Positions 48,556 to 60,661 of a stretch of 64,000 bases of DNA are shown here, piece by piece. The notes under the pieces are model-generated. The model was not told the origin of the DNA and did no database searches. It was given only the letters and a program-made list of their open reading frames with translations. Origin of the DNA: Macrostomum lignano (Eukaryota); NCBI GenBank assembly GCA_002269645.1, contig NIVC01000630.1, forward strand, positions 62,001 through 126,000, written 5' to 3'. The translations under genes were made by a program, and so were the position numbers. The number at the start of each line of letters is the position of its first letter. Position 1 is the first letter of the stretch.

Positions 48556-51500
48556 ATGAAAGAGCAATTCTACAATCAGAACGTGACAAAAAAGGTCAGT
48601 CACGTGACTTTCACTGTGCTCAGCGCCGACGAGATACGCGCTGCGAGTCACATGCGCGTCACGACTAAAGACATGTACAATTTAGAGAACCGCAAGCCGG
48701 CAGACGGCGGCGTCCTTGATCCCCGTCTTGGCACCTGTCGAAAAAATGAATCCTGCGCCGTGTGCGGCGATTCTTTTCACGACTGCATGGGTCATTTCGG
48801 TTACGTTGATTTGGCCTTGCCGGTGTTCCACTGCGGCTACCTAAATCACATTGTGAAAATATTGCAGAGCATCTGCAAATCTTGCTCTCGGGTGTTGCTA
48901 TCTGGCGAAAAACGCGATCAGTACTTGAACGTATTGCGCCGGCCGAATCTGTCTTACCTGGCTAAGAAAGCTCTGCGTAAAAAGATACACAGCTTAGCTA
49001 AATCTGTGCACAATTGTCCGCACTGCAACGCTGTCAATGGATTTGTAAAGAAAGGCGGATTAGCTTACGTTTTGCACGACAAATTCCGATTCTCTAAAGG
49101 CGACGCTTTGGCTAAACACGCCGAACAGTTCGCCTATATGATTGAGAAGATGCCAGAGCTCAAGCCGCTAGTTGACAAAGGTATTGAACCTTTGCGCGCT
49201 CTGCAGGTGTTGCAGCTGCTTAATGCTATTCCATTGGAAGACATACCGCTGCTGTGTATGCATAGCGATCGGGCCCATCCCCGCGACCTGATCCTGACTA
49301 GAGTGCCAGTGCCGCCTAATGCTTTACGGCCGTCGGTAGTGTCCGAGGTAAACATTTCTGGCAGGGTACACGACACTTAGCTGGAATAAATTATAATATA
49401 CATTCACTCAACGGATCAATCCCATGAAGAATCGCTCTTCATCCCATTAAGAATTGGCTGAATGGCCATTTTATCTCATGAAGAATCGCCCTTCCATCTC
49501 ATGAAGAATCGCCCTTCCTCACCATAAACAATCTCCCATCCCATGAAGAATCGCCCTTCATGCCATGAAGAATCGCCCTTCCATGCCATGAACAATCTCC
49601 CATCCCATGAAGAATCGCCCTTCCATCCCATGAACAATCTCCCATCCCATGAAGAATCGCCCTTCCATGCCATGAACAATCTCCCATCCCATGAAGAATC
49701 GCCCTTCCATGCCATGAAGAATCGCCCTTCCATCCCATGAACAATCTCCCATCCCATGAAGAATCGCCCTTCCATCCCATGAACAATCTCCCATCCCATG
49801 AAGAATCGCCCTTCCATGCCATGAACAATCTCCCATCCCATGAAGAATCGCCCTTCCATCCCATGAACAATCTCCCATCCCATGAAGAATCGCCCTTCCA
49901 TGCCATGAACAATCTCCCATCCCATGAAGAATCGCCCTTCCATGCCATGAACAATCTCCCATACCATAAAGAATCGCCCTTCCATGCCATGAACAATCTC
50001 CCATACCATAAAGAATCGCCCTTCCATCCCATGAACAATCTCCCATCCCATGAAGAATCGCCCTTCCATGCCATGAACAATCTCCCATCCCATGAAGAAT
50101 CGCCCTTCCATGCCATGAACAATCTCCCATACCATAAAGAATCGCCCTTCCATGCCATGAACAATCTCCCATACCATAAAGAATCGCCCTTCCATGCCAT
50201 GAAGAATCACCCTTCCATGCCATGAACAATCTCCCATACCATAAAGAATCGCCCTTCCATGCCATGAAGAATCGCCCTTCCATCCCATGAAGAATCGCCC
50301 TTCCATGCCATGAAGAATCGCCATTCCATGCCATAAAGAATCGCCTTTCCATACCATAAAGAATCGCCATTCCATGCGATGAAGAATCGCCCACCACCTG
50401 CCCAATAAACCAGGTGAGAGCCGGCACCACAGAAGACGACATCACCGCAAAATTGAGCGACATCGCCTTCTTAAATCGGGACGTGCTTAACAAGCAGGCC
50501 GCATCAAATCGCGACATGGTGGCTCTGCAACAGGCCTGGGACATTCTAACCTACGTGACTGCTCAGATGATCAACTCAGAGAATAGCGGCATACCTACTC
50601 AGCTATTAGGCAGCAGATCATTTGTACGCGGCTATATACAACGCCTGAAAGGCAAGCAGGGCCGATTCCGTGGTCATCTGTCTGGCAAGCGAGCCAATTT
50701 CACTGCTAGAACCGTTATCAGCCCAGATCCTAATCTGCGTATCGATCAGGTGGGTGTTGCGCTTGTCTATTTTTTTATAGACAATCTGTATATTCAGGCA
50801 TATTGCCCCGGGAGCTTAGATACTAAGTATTCTGAGAATATCCCGACTAAGCACTCCTTCTAAAGCACTCTATCCAATCTTTGTTTAAAAATTAAACTAT
50901 ACCGCCTTTCTAAGCACTCCATTTTAAGTGCCCTCTGAGGACATTTAAAGAATCGTCATCTGAGCACACATCTAAGAACTGCCATCTGAGCACATCAAAG
51001 AACTTCCCTCTGAGCACACATCTAAGAACTGCAATCTGAGCACACATCTAAGAACTGCCCTCTGAGCACACATCTAAGAATTGCAATCTGAGCACACATC
51101 TAAGAACTGCAATCTGAGCACACATCTAAGAACTGCAATCTGAGCACACATCTAAGAATTGCAATCTGAGCACAAATCTAAGAACTGCCCTCTGAGCACA
51201 CATCTAAGAATTGCAATCTGAGCACACATCTAAGAATTGCAATCTGAGCACAAATCTAAGAACTGCCCTCTGAGCACACATCTAAGAATTGCAATCTGAG
51301 CACACATCTAAGAATTGCAATCTGAGCACACATCTAAGAATTGCAATCTGAGCACAAATCTAAGAATTGCAATCTGAGCACACATCTAAGAACTGCAATC
51401 TGAGCACACATCTAAGAATTGCAATCTGAGCACAAATCTAAGAACTGCCCTCTGAGCACACATCTAAGAATTGCAATCTGAGCACACATCTAAGAATTGC

Positions 51501-54500
51501 AATCTGAGCACACATCTAAGAACTGCAATCTGAGCACAAATCTAAGAACTGCCCTCTGAGCACACATCTAAGAATTGCAATCTGAGCACACATCTAAGAA
51601 TTGCAATCTGAGCACACATCTAAGAATTGCAATCTGAGCACACATCTAAGAATTGCAATCTGAGCACACATCTAAGAATTGCAATCTGAGCACACATCTA
51701 AGAATTGCAATCTGAGCACACATCTAAGAATTGCAATCTGAGCACACATCTAAGAATTGCAATCTGAGCACACATCTAAGAATTGCAATCTGAGCACACA
51801 TCTAAGAATTGCAATCTGAGCACACATCTAAGAATTGCAATCTGAGCACACATCTAAGAATTGCAATCTGAGCACACATCTAAGAATTGCAATCTGAGCA
51901 CACATCTAAGAATTGCAATCTGAGCACACATCTAAGAATTGCAATCTGAGCACACATCTAAGAATTGCAATCTGAGCACACATCTAAGAATTGCAATCTG
52001 AGCACACATCAAAGAACTGCCCTCTGAGCACACATCTAAGAATTGCAATCTGAGCACACATCTAAGAACTGCCCTCTGAGCACACATCTAAGAATTGCAA
52101 TCTGAGCACACATCTAAGAATTGCAATCTGAGCACACATCTAAGAATTGCAATCTGAGCACACATCTAAGAACTGCAATCTGAGCACAAATCTAAGAATT
52201 GCAATCTGAGCACACATCAAAGAACTGCCCTCTGAGCACACATCTAAGAATTGCAATCTGAGCACACATCTAAGAACTGCCCTCTGAGCACACATCTAAG
52301 AATTGCAATCTGAGCACACATCTAAGAACTGCCCTCTGAGCACACATCTAAGAACTGCCATCTGAGCACACTGGACTCATCCTATGAGCAGCAGAGGTTT
52401 CCAATTAAGCTATCAAGCACATCCCAATTTCCTAATTAACAGGTCGGTGTCCCAGAGTTCATGGCCAGAAAGCTGACCTACCCCAGCCGGGTGACCAGCT
52501 TCAACATCGAACAGCTTCGCCGACTGATCCGCAACGGTGCCCACCAGCACCCTGGCGCTCTCTACGTCGAAGCTCACGACGGTCGATTTCCCAAACGAAT
52601 GCTGGAATTTTCGAACGAGAAATTTCGCTCAAAAATTGCTAACGAACTACGCTGCGGTGACACAGTTGAAAGGCATCTCATGGATGAGGACACAGTGCTG
52701 TTTAATAGGCAACCATCGCTACATCGAGTCAGCATCCAGGTGAGGGTCATTGCGCTGGGGCTAGGTGGCCTCCTCTCCTCTTCTGTGCTGCGCTTAGGAA
52801 TCACTCTAAACTGACTAATCGCCCTCAAAACCCTTAAGGAATCGCCCTCACAACCCTTACAGAATCGCCCTCACAACCCTTACAGAATCGCCCTCACAAC
52901 CCTTTCAGAATCGCCCTCAAAACCCTTAAGGAATCGCCCTCACAACCCTTAGGGAATCGCCCTCACAACCCTTACAGAATCGCCCTCACAACCCTTACAG
53001 AATCGCCCTAACAACCCTTACAGAATCGCCCTCACAACCCTTACAGAATCTCCCTCACAACCCTTACAGAATCGCCCTCACAATCCTTAAGTAATTGCCC
53101 TCACAACCCTTACAGAATCGCCCTCACAATCCTTACAGAATCGCCCTCACAACCCTTAATGAATCGCCCTCACAACCCTTACAGAATCGCCCTCACAACC
53201 CTTACAGAATCGCCCTCACAACCCTTACAGAATCGCCCTCACAACCCTCAAAGAAATCCTTCTCACAGCCTATTAACTTGGAATTGAGAATTGCCATTAA
53301 ATTAGCTCAAAATCCCGTACAGAATCACCCATTCTACCAAATAACCTCCAGGCCTTCAGAGTCTCTGTGAAGCCCTACCGAACCCTGCGCTTCAACGAGT
53401 GCTGCTGCACTCCTTTTAATGCCGATTTCGACGGCGACGAGATGAATTTGCACGTGCCGCAGACTGAGGAGGCTCGCGCCGAGGCCAAGCAGCTCATGGC
53501 CTCAGTTAAGAATATGAGCACACCTCGGAATGGAGAGCCGCTGATTGCCGCTATTCAGGACTTCATCACCGGGGCCTACCTTATCACCTGCAAGGATGTG
53601 TTCTTCAACAGGGACCGGGCTGCTCAGCTGCTTGTTCAAAGCCGGCCGCCTCAGGAAAAGCACCTGTCTGTTAGGCTGCCTCCGCCAGGTACGCACCATC
53701 AGTTGCTGGGCCAGCCTCCCAGATCCTCAGTTGCTGTGACAGCCTCTCAGATCCTCAGTTGCTGAGCCAGCCTCCCAGATCCTCAGTTGCTGTGCCAGCC
53801 TCCCAGATCCTCAGTTGCTGGGCCAGCCTCCCAGATCCTCAGTTGCTGGGCCAGCCTCCCAGATCCTCAGTTGCTGAGCCAGCCGCCCAGATCATCAGTT
53901 GCTGTGCCAGCCTCCCAGATCCTCAGTTGCTGGGCCAGCCTCCCAGATCCTCAGTTGCTGGGCCAGCCTCCCAGATCCTCAGTTGCTGAGCCAGCCGCCC
54001 AGATCATCAGTTGCTGAGCCAGCCGCCCAGATCATCAGTTGCTGAGCCAGCCGCCCAGATCATCAGTTGCTGAGCCAGCCATCCAGATCCTCAGTTGCTA
54101 GATCCCCAGATCCTCAGTTGCTGAGCCAGCCATCCAGATCCTCAGTTGCTAGATCCCCAGATCCTCAGTTGCTGAGCCAGCCATCCAGATCCTCAGTTGC
54201 TGAGCCAGCCACCCAGATCCTCAGTTGCTGAGCCAGCCACCCAGATCATCAGTTGCTGAGCCAGCCGCCCAGATCCTCAGTTGCTGAGCCAGCCACCCAG
54301 ATCATCAGTTGCTGAGCCAGCCACCCAGATCCTCAGTTGCTGAGCCAGCCACCCAGATCATCAGTTGCTGAGCCAGCCACCCAGATCCTCAGTTGCTGAG
54401 CCAGCCACCCAGATCCTCAGTTGCTGAGCCAGCCACCCAGATCCTCAGTTGCTGAGCCAGCCATCCAGATCCTCAGTTGCTGAGCCAGCCATCCAGATCC

Positions 54501-55229
54501 TCAATTGCTAGATCCCCAGATCCTCAGTTGCTGAGCCAGCCACCCAGATCATCAGTTGCTGAGCCAGCCACCCAGATCCTCAGTTGCTGGGCCATGGCCG
54601 CTCTCCCAGATCCTCATGCAGTTGCTGGGTCAACTTCCGCCAGCTGACGAAAAGTGCAGACTCAGAATCCACCTCCTACCTCACTCGCCAGCCATCTGCA
54701 AGCCAGTGGAGCTGTGGTCCGGCAAGCAGATATTCTCCTGCATTCTGCACCCGTACCCGATAAACCTGGCCACCAAAACCAAAGCCATCTACACTGACGG
54801 CGAAGAATTCTGCACCAACGACGGCTACGTGCTGGTCCGCTCCGGCGAACTGCTCGCCGGTCGAGTTGACAAGAAAATCATCGGCTCGGGCAGCAAGGAG
54901 AATCTGGTCTACCTGCTGCTGCGCGATTTCGGCGGCGATGCCTGCGCCACGGTTCTGGCTAGGCTGACCAGACTGATCCCCGCCTACTTGTCGCATCGCG
55001 GCTTCAGCATCGGCCTTGGCGACGTCACGCCCGGCCCACGACTGCTCGAAGCCAAGGCCGGCCTGGTTCGCTTCGGCTTCGATCGTTGCCGCGAGCTGAT
55101 CCGCCAGTACGAGGCTGGCACTCTGCCAACTCAGCCCGGCTGCTCTGGCCAGCAGACGCTTGAGAATGCCGTGAGCAAACAGCTGTCTGACATTCGCGAC
55201 GAGGCTGGCAAGGTGAGTGGCGGCTGGCC

Positions 55230-55288
<59 letters not shown>

Positions 55289-58200
55289 GTCCTTTGTTTT
55301 GTCTTTCTGAGCCCATTCTGCATGTCCTTACGTTTGTCGGTCTTCGTGTCTTTATTGTGTCTGTATGTCTCTCTACAGTGTCTGTATGTGTCTCTACAGT
55401 GTCTGTATGTGTCTCTACAGTGTCTGTATGTGTCTCTACAGTGTCTGTATGTGTCTCTACAGTGTCTGTATGTGTCTACGGTGTCTGTATGTGTCTACGG
55501 TGTCTGTATGTGTCTGTGTTCAGTTTTATTTTATTACTTTTAGTAGGCAGTTTCGCTAATTAATTTCCTTAGCTTTAAATTTCGTCATCTTCTCTTGATC
55601 CCTCCCCCCACTCTCGGTAGGCCTGCCGCCGCGACCTGCACCCGGCCAGCGCGCCACTAGTGATGGCCCACTGCGGCAGCAAGGGCTCATTTCTCAACGT
55701 CAGCCAGATGGTGGCCTGCGTTGGCCAGCAGATCATCAGCGGCAAGCGAACCCCGGACGGTTTCGAAGGCCGCTCGTTGCCGCATTTTCCTCGGCGCAGT
55801 CTGCTGCCGCAAGCGAAAGGCTTCGTTGAGAATAGCTTCTTTAGCGGTTTGAGTCCTACTGAGTTCTTCTTTCACACTATGAGCGGCCGGGAGGGCCTGG
55901 TTGACACGGCGGTGAAAACTGCCGACACTGGCTACATGCAGCGCCGCCTGATGAAAGCGCTGGAAGATCTGTGCTGTCACTACGATGGCACGGTGCGCGG
56001 CGCCCGCGGCGAGGTTGTCCAGTTTGCCTACGGCGGCGACGGCTTCGACCCCATGGAGATGGAGGCCAAGAGGTGGGCGGAGCAGTGCGTTGCTATGCCT
56101 CATTTATTGGCTGTGTGCTAATTATTATCTCGGAGATTTATTGGCCTTTGCTTGTCTGTCTTTCTGGCTTCTAATGTCTATTTCTGGTCTTTGCATCTGT
56201 CTTATTCTCTCTTTTATTCACACTGTTTGTAGCTCCTTCTTTCTCTATCATCTCTCCAATGTCTTCTCTTCTCCCCTCCGCTTCTCTTCTCCCCTCTCAC
56301 TCTCTTCTCTTCACCCCTCTCTCCCCTCTCCTTCTCTTCTTTTCACCCCTCTCCCTCTCTTCTCCTCTCCTCTCTCTCCCCTCTCCCTCTCTTCTTTTCT
56401 CCCCTCTCCCTCTCTTCTCCTCTCCCCTCTCTCCCTCTTCTCCTCTCCCCTCTCTCCCTCTTCTCCTCTCCCCTCTCTCTCTCTTCTCCTCTCCCCTCTC
56501 TCTCTCTTCTCCTCTCCCCTCTCTCCCTCTCCCTCTCTTCTCCTCTCCCCTCTCCCTCCCTTCTCCTCTACCCTCTCCCTCTTCTCCTCTCCCCCTCTCT
56601 CTCTCTTCTCTACACCCCTCTCACTCTCTTCTCATCTCCCCTCTCTCCCCTCTCCCTCTCTTCTCCTTTCCCCTCTCCCTCTCTTCTCCTCTCCCCTCTC
56701 TCTCTTCTCCTCTCTCCCCTCTCCCTCTCTTCTCCTTTCCCCTCTCCCTCTCTTCTCCTTTCCCGTCTCCCTCTCTTCTCCTTTCCCCTCTCCCTCTCTT
56801 CTCCTCTCCCCTCTCTCTCTCTTCTCTTCACCCCTCTCTCCCCTCTCCCTCTCTTCTCCTCTCCCCCCTCTCTCTCTTCTCCTCTCCCCCCTCTCTCTCT
56901 TCTCCTCTCCCCTCTCTCCCCTCTCCCTCTTCTCCTCTCCCCCCTCTCTCTCTCTTCTCTTCTCCCCTCTCCCTCTCTTCTCCTTTCCCCTCTCCCTCTC
57001 TTCTCCTCTCCCCTCTCTCTCTCTTCTCCTCTCTCCCCTCTCCCTCTCTTCTCCTTTCCCCTCTCCCTCTCTTCTCCTTTCCCCTCTCCCTCTCTTCTCC
57101 TCTCCCCTCTCTCTCTCTTCTCTTCACCCCTCTCTCCCCTCTCCCTCTCTTCTCTCCCTCTCTCTCTTCTCCTCTCCCCTCTCTCCCCTCTCCCTCTTCT
57201 CCTCTCCCCCTCTCTCTCTCTTCTCTTCTCCCCTCTCACTCTCTTCTCTCTCCTCTCCCCTTTTTCTGTCTACCTCTCCCCTCTACCCTCCCCTCTTTTC
57301 TCCTCTCCCTTCTCCCTCTCCCCTTCTCCTTTCCCCTCTCTTCCTCTCTTTTCTCTCCTCTTCCACATCTCCCCTATACTTCTCTGCCTCTGCGCCCCTC
57401 TCGGCTTGCACGGCCACTCCCCAACACAGTAATACGTGCTACTAATTTGCCTAATTCATCCTTCAACTCACTCCTCGCATTTCAGCCATCCAGTCGATTT
57501 CGATCGTCTTGCCGATCTGGCTCGTACTTTGCATCTGGCCAAGACAAGCAGCGGCTCCGCAATGAGTAGCGCTGGCATCAGCTGCCCCCTGTTGCCAGAT
57601 CAGCAGACAGAAGCTGAGCTCAATAGTAGCAGTAGGAATCTGTCTCCACTCTCAGCCGCTTACAAAGCCGGCATGGAGGCTTGCGCTAAGCGTCGCCGTC
57701 TCGCCAAAGAGCCTTGGCATCAGATCTACGTAGATTTGTGCCGCGCCAAGCACCGGCGCGCCCTAATCGAACCCGGGACCCCGGTTGGCGCCCTGTGCGC
57801 TCAGAGCATCGGCGAGCCGGCCACCCAGATGACGTTGAAAACGTTTCACTTTGCCGGCGTGGCTAGTATGAACATTACCCAGGGTGTGCCACGAATTCGC
57901 GAGCTGATTAATGCCATTAGAGCGATTTCTACTCCAATTATAACGGCCAGATTGACGCCCGAGGCTGCTAGAGACGAGGGCCAAGCTAGACGAATAAAAG
58001 CTTGTATAGAGCCTACCAGGCTGTCCGAGATCTGTCTGAGCATTAGCGAGTGCATCGAACCGGACGAGGTTAGCATTAGATTGAAGCTGGACTTGCAACG
58101 ATTGGCTATATTGAAGCTGCGAACTACGCCTAAAGCTATTGGAGCTGCTATTGTGTCCGCCAAGCTGGGCGGGTATAAAATTAAAGGCGTTGATATGATC

Positions 58201-58356
58201 GGTGAGTACCTCATTAAAGAGTTGCTAGCATTTTTAGAGACGCACAGACAGACGGACAGACGGACAGGTAGAAAGGAGCAAACATCAACACAAATTGACG
58301 CACATGGTAGACAAACACTCAATTGCCAGACAGATAGGTAGATAAACACCTCAAGG

Positions 58357-58394
<38 letters not shown>

Positions 58395-59379
58395 CAGACA
58401 AACAGAATGATACTAAGGCAGGCAGACACAGACAGACAGTCACAGACAGGCAGACAGACAGACAGACAGACAGACAGACACAGACAAACAGAATGATACT
58501 AAGGCAGGCAGACACAGACAGACAGTCACAGACAGGCAGACAGTCAGACTCTAAGACAGACAAATAGACAGACACAGACAGACAGAATGATACTAAGGCA
58601 GGCAGACACAGACAGGCAGACAGACAGACAGACAGACACAGACAAACAGAATGATACAAAAGCAGGCAGACACAGACAGACAGTCACAGACAGGCAGACA
58701 GACAGACAGCCAGCTCCCCCCTAACTACCAGCGCCATCCCTGCCCTGTAGGCGCAGACCAGCTGGCAGTGTACCCGGAGGACGTGTCCACAATCCGGCAC
58801 TTGCGCGCCAACCTGGAATCGGTGATCGTCCGCGGCCTGTCCAGCGTCACTCGGGCCATCATCCACCGGGATAATCGCGACTCGGATTACACTCTGTTCG
58901 TTGAAGGCAGCCAGCTGGCTCCGGTGCTCTGCATCCCCGGAGTTGACGGCTGTCGAACCCAGTCCAACAGCGTCTTGGAGATGGCCAGCGTGCTGGGAAT
59001 CGAGTCGGCCAGGGCCACGCTAGTCCGCGAGATGCTAGACGTTATGGCCGGCCACGGTGTCGAAGTGGACACACGGCACGTGAACCTGCTGGCGGATCTG
59101 ATGACTCAGCAGGGCGAAGTGTTGGGCAACCAGCGGCACGGTATTGCCAAGCTGAAGGAGTCCGTGCTCATGTTGGCCAGCTTTGAGCAGACTGCCGATC
59201 ACCTGTTTGAGGCGGCCTATCACGGACAGACGGACGATCTGTCCGGCGTGTCCGAGTCAATCATACTGGGCAAGCCTACCAGGCTGGGCACAGGCCTGTT
59301 CTCGCTGCTCATGCAGCAGGATTCCGCAGTGCTGACGCCTCCTAGAAGACCCGTCATATTTGACTCCTATCCCGCTTGA
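48556..59379 (+). CDS. POLR3A: DNA-directed RNA polymerase III largest subunit (RPC1), 8 exons, ~1359 aa
   Basis: Exons 48556-49347, 50414-50749, 52443-52739, 53352-53688, 54692-55212, 55621-56072, 57486-58201, 58751-59379 join in frame (4080 nt). MKEQF start, Zn-binding Cxx[16 protein letters not shown], catalytic [44 protein letters not shown]. The RPC1-specific start and [10 protein letters not shown] context favour Pol III; no CTD heptads. Confidence 0.96.
49430..50392. repeat. 42-bp (2 x 21) minisatellite CATGAAGAATCGCCCTTCCATGCCATGAACAATCTCCCATCC, POLR3A intron 1
   Basis: Visible tandem array. Confidence 0.95.
50925..52372. repeat. 26-bp minisatellite TGAGCACACATCTAAGAATTGCAATC, POLR3A intron 2
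   Basis: Highly homogeneous tandem array, ~55 copies. Confidence 0.97.
52815..53265. repeat. 23-bp minisatellite AATCGCCCTCACAACCCTTACAG, POLR3A intron 3
   Basis: Visible tandem array. Confidence 0.95.
53698..54635 (+). repeat. 28-bp minisatellite family, copy 3, filling POLR3A intron 4
   Basis: Same unit as at 9.6 kb and 44.7 kb, drifting to CCAGATCCTCAGTTGCTGAGCCAGCCAC. Confidence 0.95.
55228..55520. repeat. (CTGT)n plus 21-bp GTGTCTGTATGTGTCTCTACA repeat, POLR3A intron 5
   Basis: Visible arrays. Confidence 0.9.
56265..57390. repeat. CT-rich low-complexity repeat, POLR3A intron 6
   Basis: Polypyrimidine CTCTCCC/CTCTT units. Confidence 0.95.
58245..58710. repeat. (CAGA)n-type microsatellite, POLR3A intron 7
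   Basis: Visible array. Confidence 0.92.
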
Positions 59380-59599
59380 TGCTTTGGCATTGTTGCTTCT
59401 ATTTGCAGTTTATGATCGATAGGTATTTAATATGGATAGCGCAATCCAGTTCCACTGTATGCCTGATGTGCTTGATTAGTCTTTTGGCTTTTAATATATT
59501 TTAAGGGGATCCTAGATTTTTTATTATTATAGCTTATAGCTACGAGCTAGAATCCTCAATTATCACTCCAAACCTAATTCCTAAGTATCTCTTTATCTC

Positions 59600-60105
59600 G
59601 AGTCCCTTTAACTCGTATCCCCAAATATCCCTTCAATTCGAATCCCCGTTTATCCTTTCAATTCGAATCCCCGAAATATCCCTTCAATTAGAATTCCCAA
59701 ATATCCCTTCAATTAGAATTCCCAAATATCCCTTCAATTCCTCGTAGAATCTCCAAATATCGCTTTAATTTGAATCCCCAAATGTCCATTTAATTTTAGA
59801 ATCCCCGAAATATCCCTTCAATTAGAATCCTCAAATATCCCTTCAATTAGAATCCTTAAATATCCCATCAATTAGAATCCCCAAATATCCCAAGATTTAG
59901 AATCCTTAAATATCCCATCAATTAGAATCCCCAAATATCCCAAGATTTAGAATCCTTAAATATCCCATCAATTAGAATCCCCAAATACCCCAAGATTTAG
60001 AATCCTTAAGTATCCCATCAATTAGAATCCCCAAATATCCCAAGATTTAGAATCCTTAAATATCTCATCAATTAGAATCCCCAAATATTCCTCCAACTCG
60101 AATCC
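59600..60105. repeat. ~24-bp AATTAGAATCCCCAAATATCCC minisatellite between POLR3A and SH3BP5
   Basis: Visible degenerate tandem array. Confidence 0.9.
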
Positions 60106-60512
60106 AATCGCATTTTATTTTTCAGAACTTCGTTACACTTTACTGTTAGTCATCTGTAATGCTATTTTATAGCTCTATTCATATTGATGCCTATACTTGC
60201 TTAATTGAAATTGTTAAACTCAATTAGTTGCGCACCTGTGTGTCAATCTATAAATCAAGTACATCCATTAACTATATGGGTTGAAAAATTTTTGTTCGTT
60301 TCTTGGTTTTCAGAAGATATCTTTGTGTCTTTATTTATTGACTCTTTATAATACATATATACAGCTGTAGAAGTCAGGTGTGACGTCATAGAGAATGACG
60401 TCATCAAAGCTTCTTGTCTATGGTCAAGTGTAACTCTGTGTCAGGGTAGGCCGGGCTGTTGCTTACCGCAGTTGTGACTCGCACTTATATTTCTAAAATC
60501 AGTTAATCGCAC

Positions 60513-60529
60513 CTTAATTTGCTTGCATG
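60513..60529 (+). other. Degenerate SL relic CTTAATTTGCTTGCATG upstream of SH3BP5
   Basis: 14 of 16 SL positions match with a 1-nt insertion; sense strand, 132 nt before the ATG. Confidence 0.5.
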
Positions 60530-60661
60530 TCAAATCGAATTCTGTGCCAAAACTCGTCAGAATTAGCGAGCTGATTAATCAAATTTTGGCGATACTGCTA
60601 TTTAGTAGTAAGTAGGAGGGTAGATAGCGCGAGAAGGATTTGATTGACAGCTCAGTTGTCT

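Noticed and set aside
49476-50544. Overlapping minus-strand ORFs of 233-328 aa
   Set aside because: Translation of the 42-bp intronic minisatellite, antisense to POLR3A.
50925-52372. CRISPR-like appearance of regular 23-36-bp repeats
   Set aside because: Units are head-to-tail without unique spacers, there are no cas genes, and the context is eukaryotic introns.
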